Source: Candidatus Nealsonbacteria bacterium (GTDB taxonomy: Bacteria > Patescibacteriota > Minisyncoccia > Minisyncoccales > JANBVM01). From it: a DNA stretch of 54,965 nucleotides. The number at the start of each line of letters is the position of its first letter. The first letter of the stretch is position 1. Below, piece by piece: positions 54,354 to 54,965 of this stretch. The notes beneath the pieces are model-generated. The model was not told where the DNA came from. It saw only the letters and a program-made list of their open reading frames with translations, and searched no databases. A program made the position numbers and the translations under genes. The DNA lies in contig CP179889.1 of the NCBI GenBank assembly GCA_047456315.1, forward strand, positions 1 to 54,965, in the 5' to 3' direction.

Positions 54354-54965
54354 ATGAAAAGGGCATATATAATTAAAGGAAGTAAAAAACCCTTAAAAGG
54401 AGAGGTGAAAATTTCGGGCCACAAAAACGCTGCTGGCCCTATTTTAGCAGCTACTATTTTAACAAAAAAGCCATGCATAATTGATAATATACCAAGAATA
54501 AGCGATATCTTGAATTTTATAGAAATGATAGAACAGATTGGAGCTGAGGTTAAATGGCTTAATCCTCATAAAATTAAAATAAGCACAAAAAATATTGATG
54601 TTAAAAAAATACCAGCAGATTTATTCAGAAGAATGAGAATGTCAGTGCTTTTAATTGGTCCTTTACTTTCAAGGTTTAAAACGTTCAAAGTTCCTCATCC
54701 TGGAGGTGATAAAATAGGATTAAGACCAATTTCTGCTCATTTAGACGCTTTAAAAGAATTTGGAGTACAAATTAAAGAACAATCCGGCTATTATATCTTT
54801 GAAGCACCAACTAAAAAATTAGGAAAAAAAGTAGTTTTAAGAGAATTCTCTGTTACAGCCACTGAAAACATGATGATGTTGGCCAGTGGAATACAAGGGA
54901 AAAGCAGAATTGAAACAGCTGCCTGTGAGCCGCATGTTCAGGATTTAGGAAAATTCTTGCAAAAA
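54354..54965 (+). CDS. murA: UDP-N-acetylglucosamine 1-carboxyvinyltransferase MurA, 3'-truncated by the window edge; the active-site loop has Asp in place of Cys
   Basis: My own translation is MKRAYIIKGSKKPLKGEVKISGHKNAAGPILAATILTKKPCIIDNIPRISDI...VPHPGGDKIGLRPISAHLDAL... It is absent from the ORF track because there is no stop in the window. The antisense ORF at 54272-54478 overlaps its start. Confidence 0.88.
   Translation, partial: MKRAYIIKGSKKPLKGEVKISGHKNAAGPILAATILTKKPCIIDNIPRISDILNFIEMIEQIGAEVKWLNPHKIKISTKNIDVKKIPADLFRRMRMSVLLIGPLLSRFKTFKVPHPGGDKIGLRPISAHLDALKEFGVQIKEQSGYYIFEAPTKKLGKKVVLREFSVTATENMMMLASGIQGKSRIETAACEPHVQDLGKFLQK

Noticed and set aside
54272-54478. 68-aa minus-strand ORF.
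   Set aside because: It is antisense to the clearly recognisable murA start (GHKNAAGPILAA...) and its promoter. There is no independent support.

Overview
This is an AT-rich, gene-dense bacterial chromosome segment that uses the standard genetic code (long ORFs, TGA used as a stop). Most genes lie on the minus strand. The content resembles a Candidate Phyla Radiation/Patescibacteria-type genome, but that taxonomic guess is inference only. The supporting features are a secretin-less type IV pilus cluster, ComEC/ComFC, class III ribonucleotide reductase, a minimal division/envelope set, giant surface proteins and very short intergenic regions.

Main blocks:
1. 1-3998: the 5' part of a giant surface-protein gene. 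It is absent from the ORF track because it runs off the window.
2. 4219-7507: a SEDS protein and LigA.
3. 7583-22228: a single-strand type IV pilus (T4P) supercluster, in transcription order pilM-N-O, orf89, pilB, cheY-like, pilT, pilC, two pilins, pilD, a 1183-aa Cys-rich/PKD protein and four minor pilins. It is divergent from comFC.
4. Two tRNA-Ser and a tRNA-Arg, then NUDIX and recG.
5. A catalytically dead HtrA-like protein, clpB, a GT2-HtrA/PDZ fusion, a glycoside hydrolase, a glycosyltransferase and comEC.
6. nrdG and nrdD, the latter carrying a 407-aa LAGLIDADG intein.
7. ftsA-ftsZ, ybeY, yqeY-like, rpsU, HIT, hisS and lepB.
8. pth, followed by a single-gene insertion bracketed by roughly 110-nt direct repeats that copy the pth 3' end.
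9. topA, tRNA-Leu, sugar-nucleotide/YvcK/TsaC genes, a TPR protein and the start of murA.

No CRISPR array, transposase, integrase or rRNA was seen.

The observations I consider most worth follow-up:
- the HTH-TM-fibre giant protein;
- the pilus-embedded Trp-repeat/Cys-rich/PKD protein;
- the overlapping divergent leaderless promoters between pilM and comFC, and a window-wide leaderless pattern;
- the pth-tail direct-repeat mini-island with an adjacent small-peptide/antisense-promoter arrangement;
- the tail-less FtsZ;
- the GT2-HtrA fusion next to a pseudo-protease paralogue.
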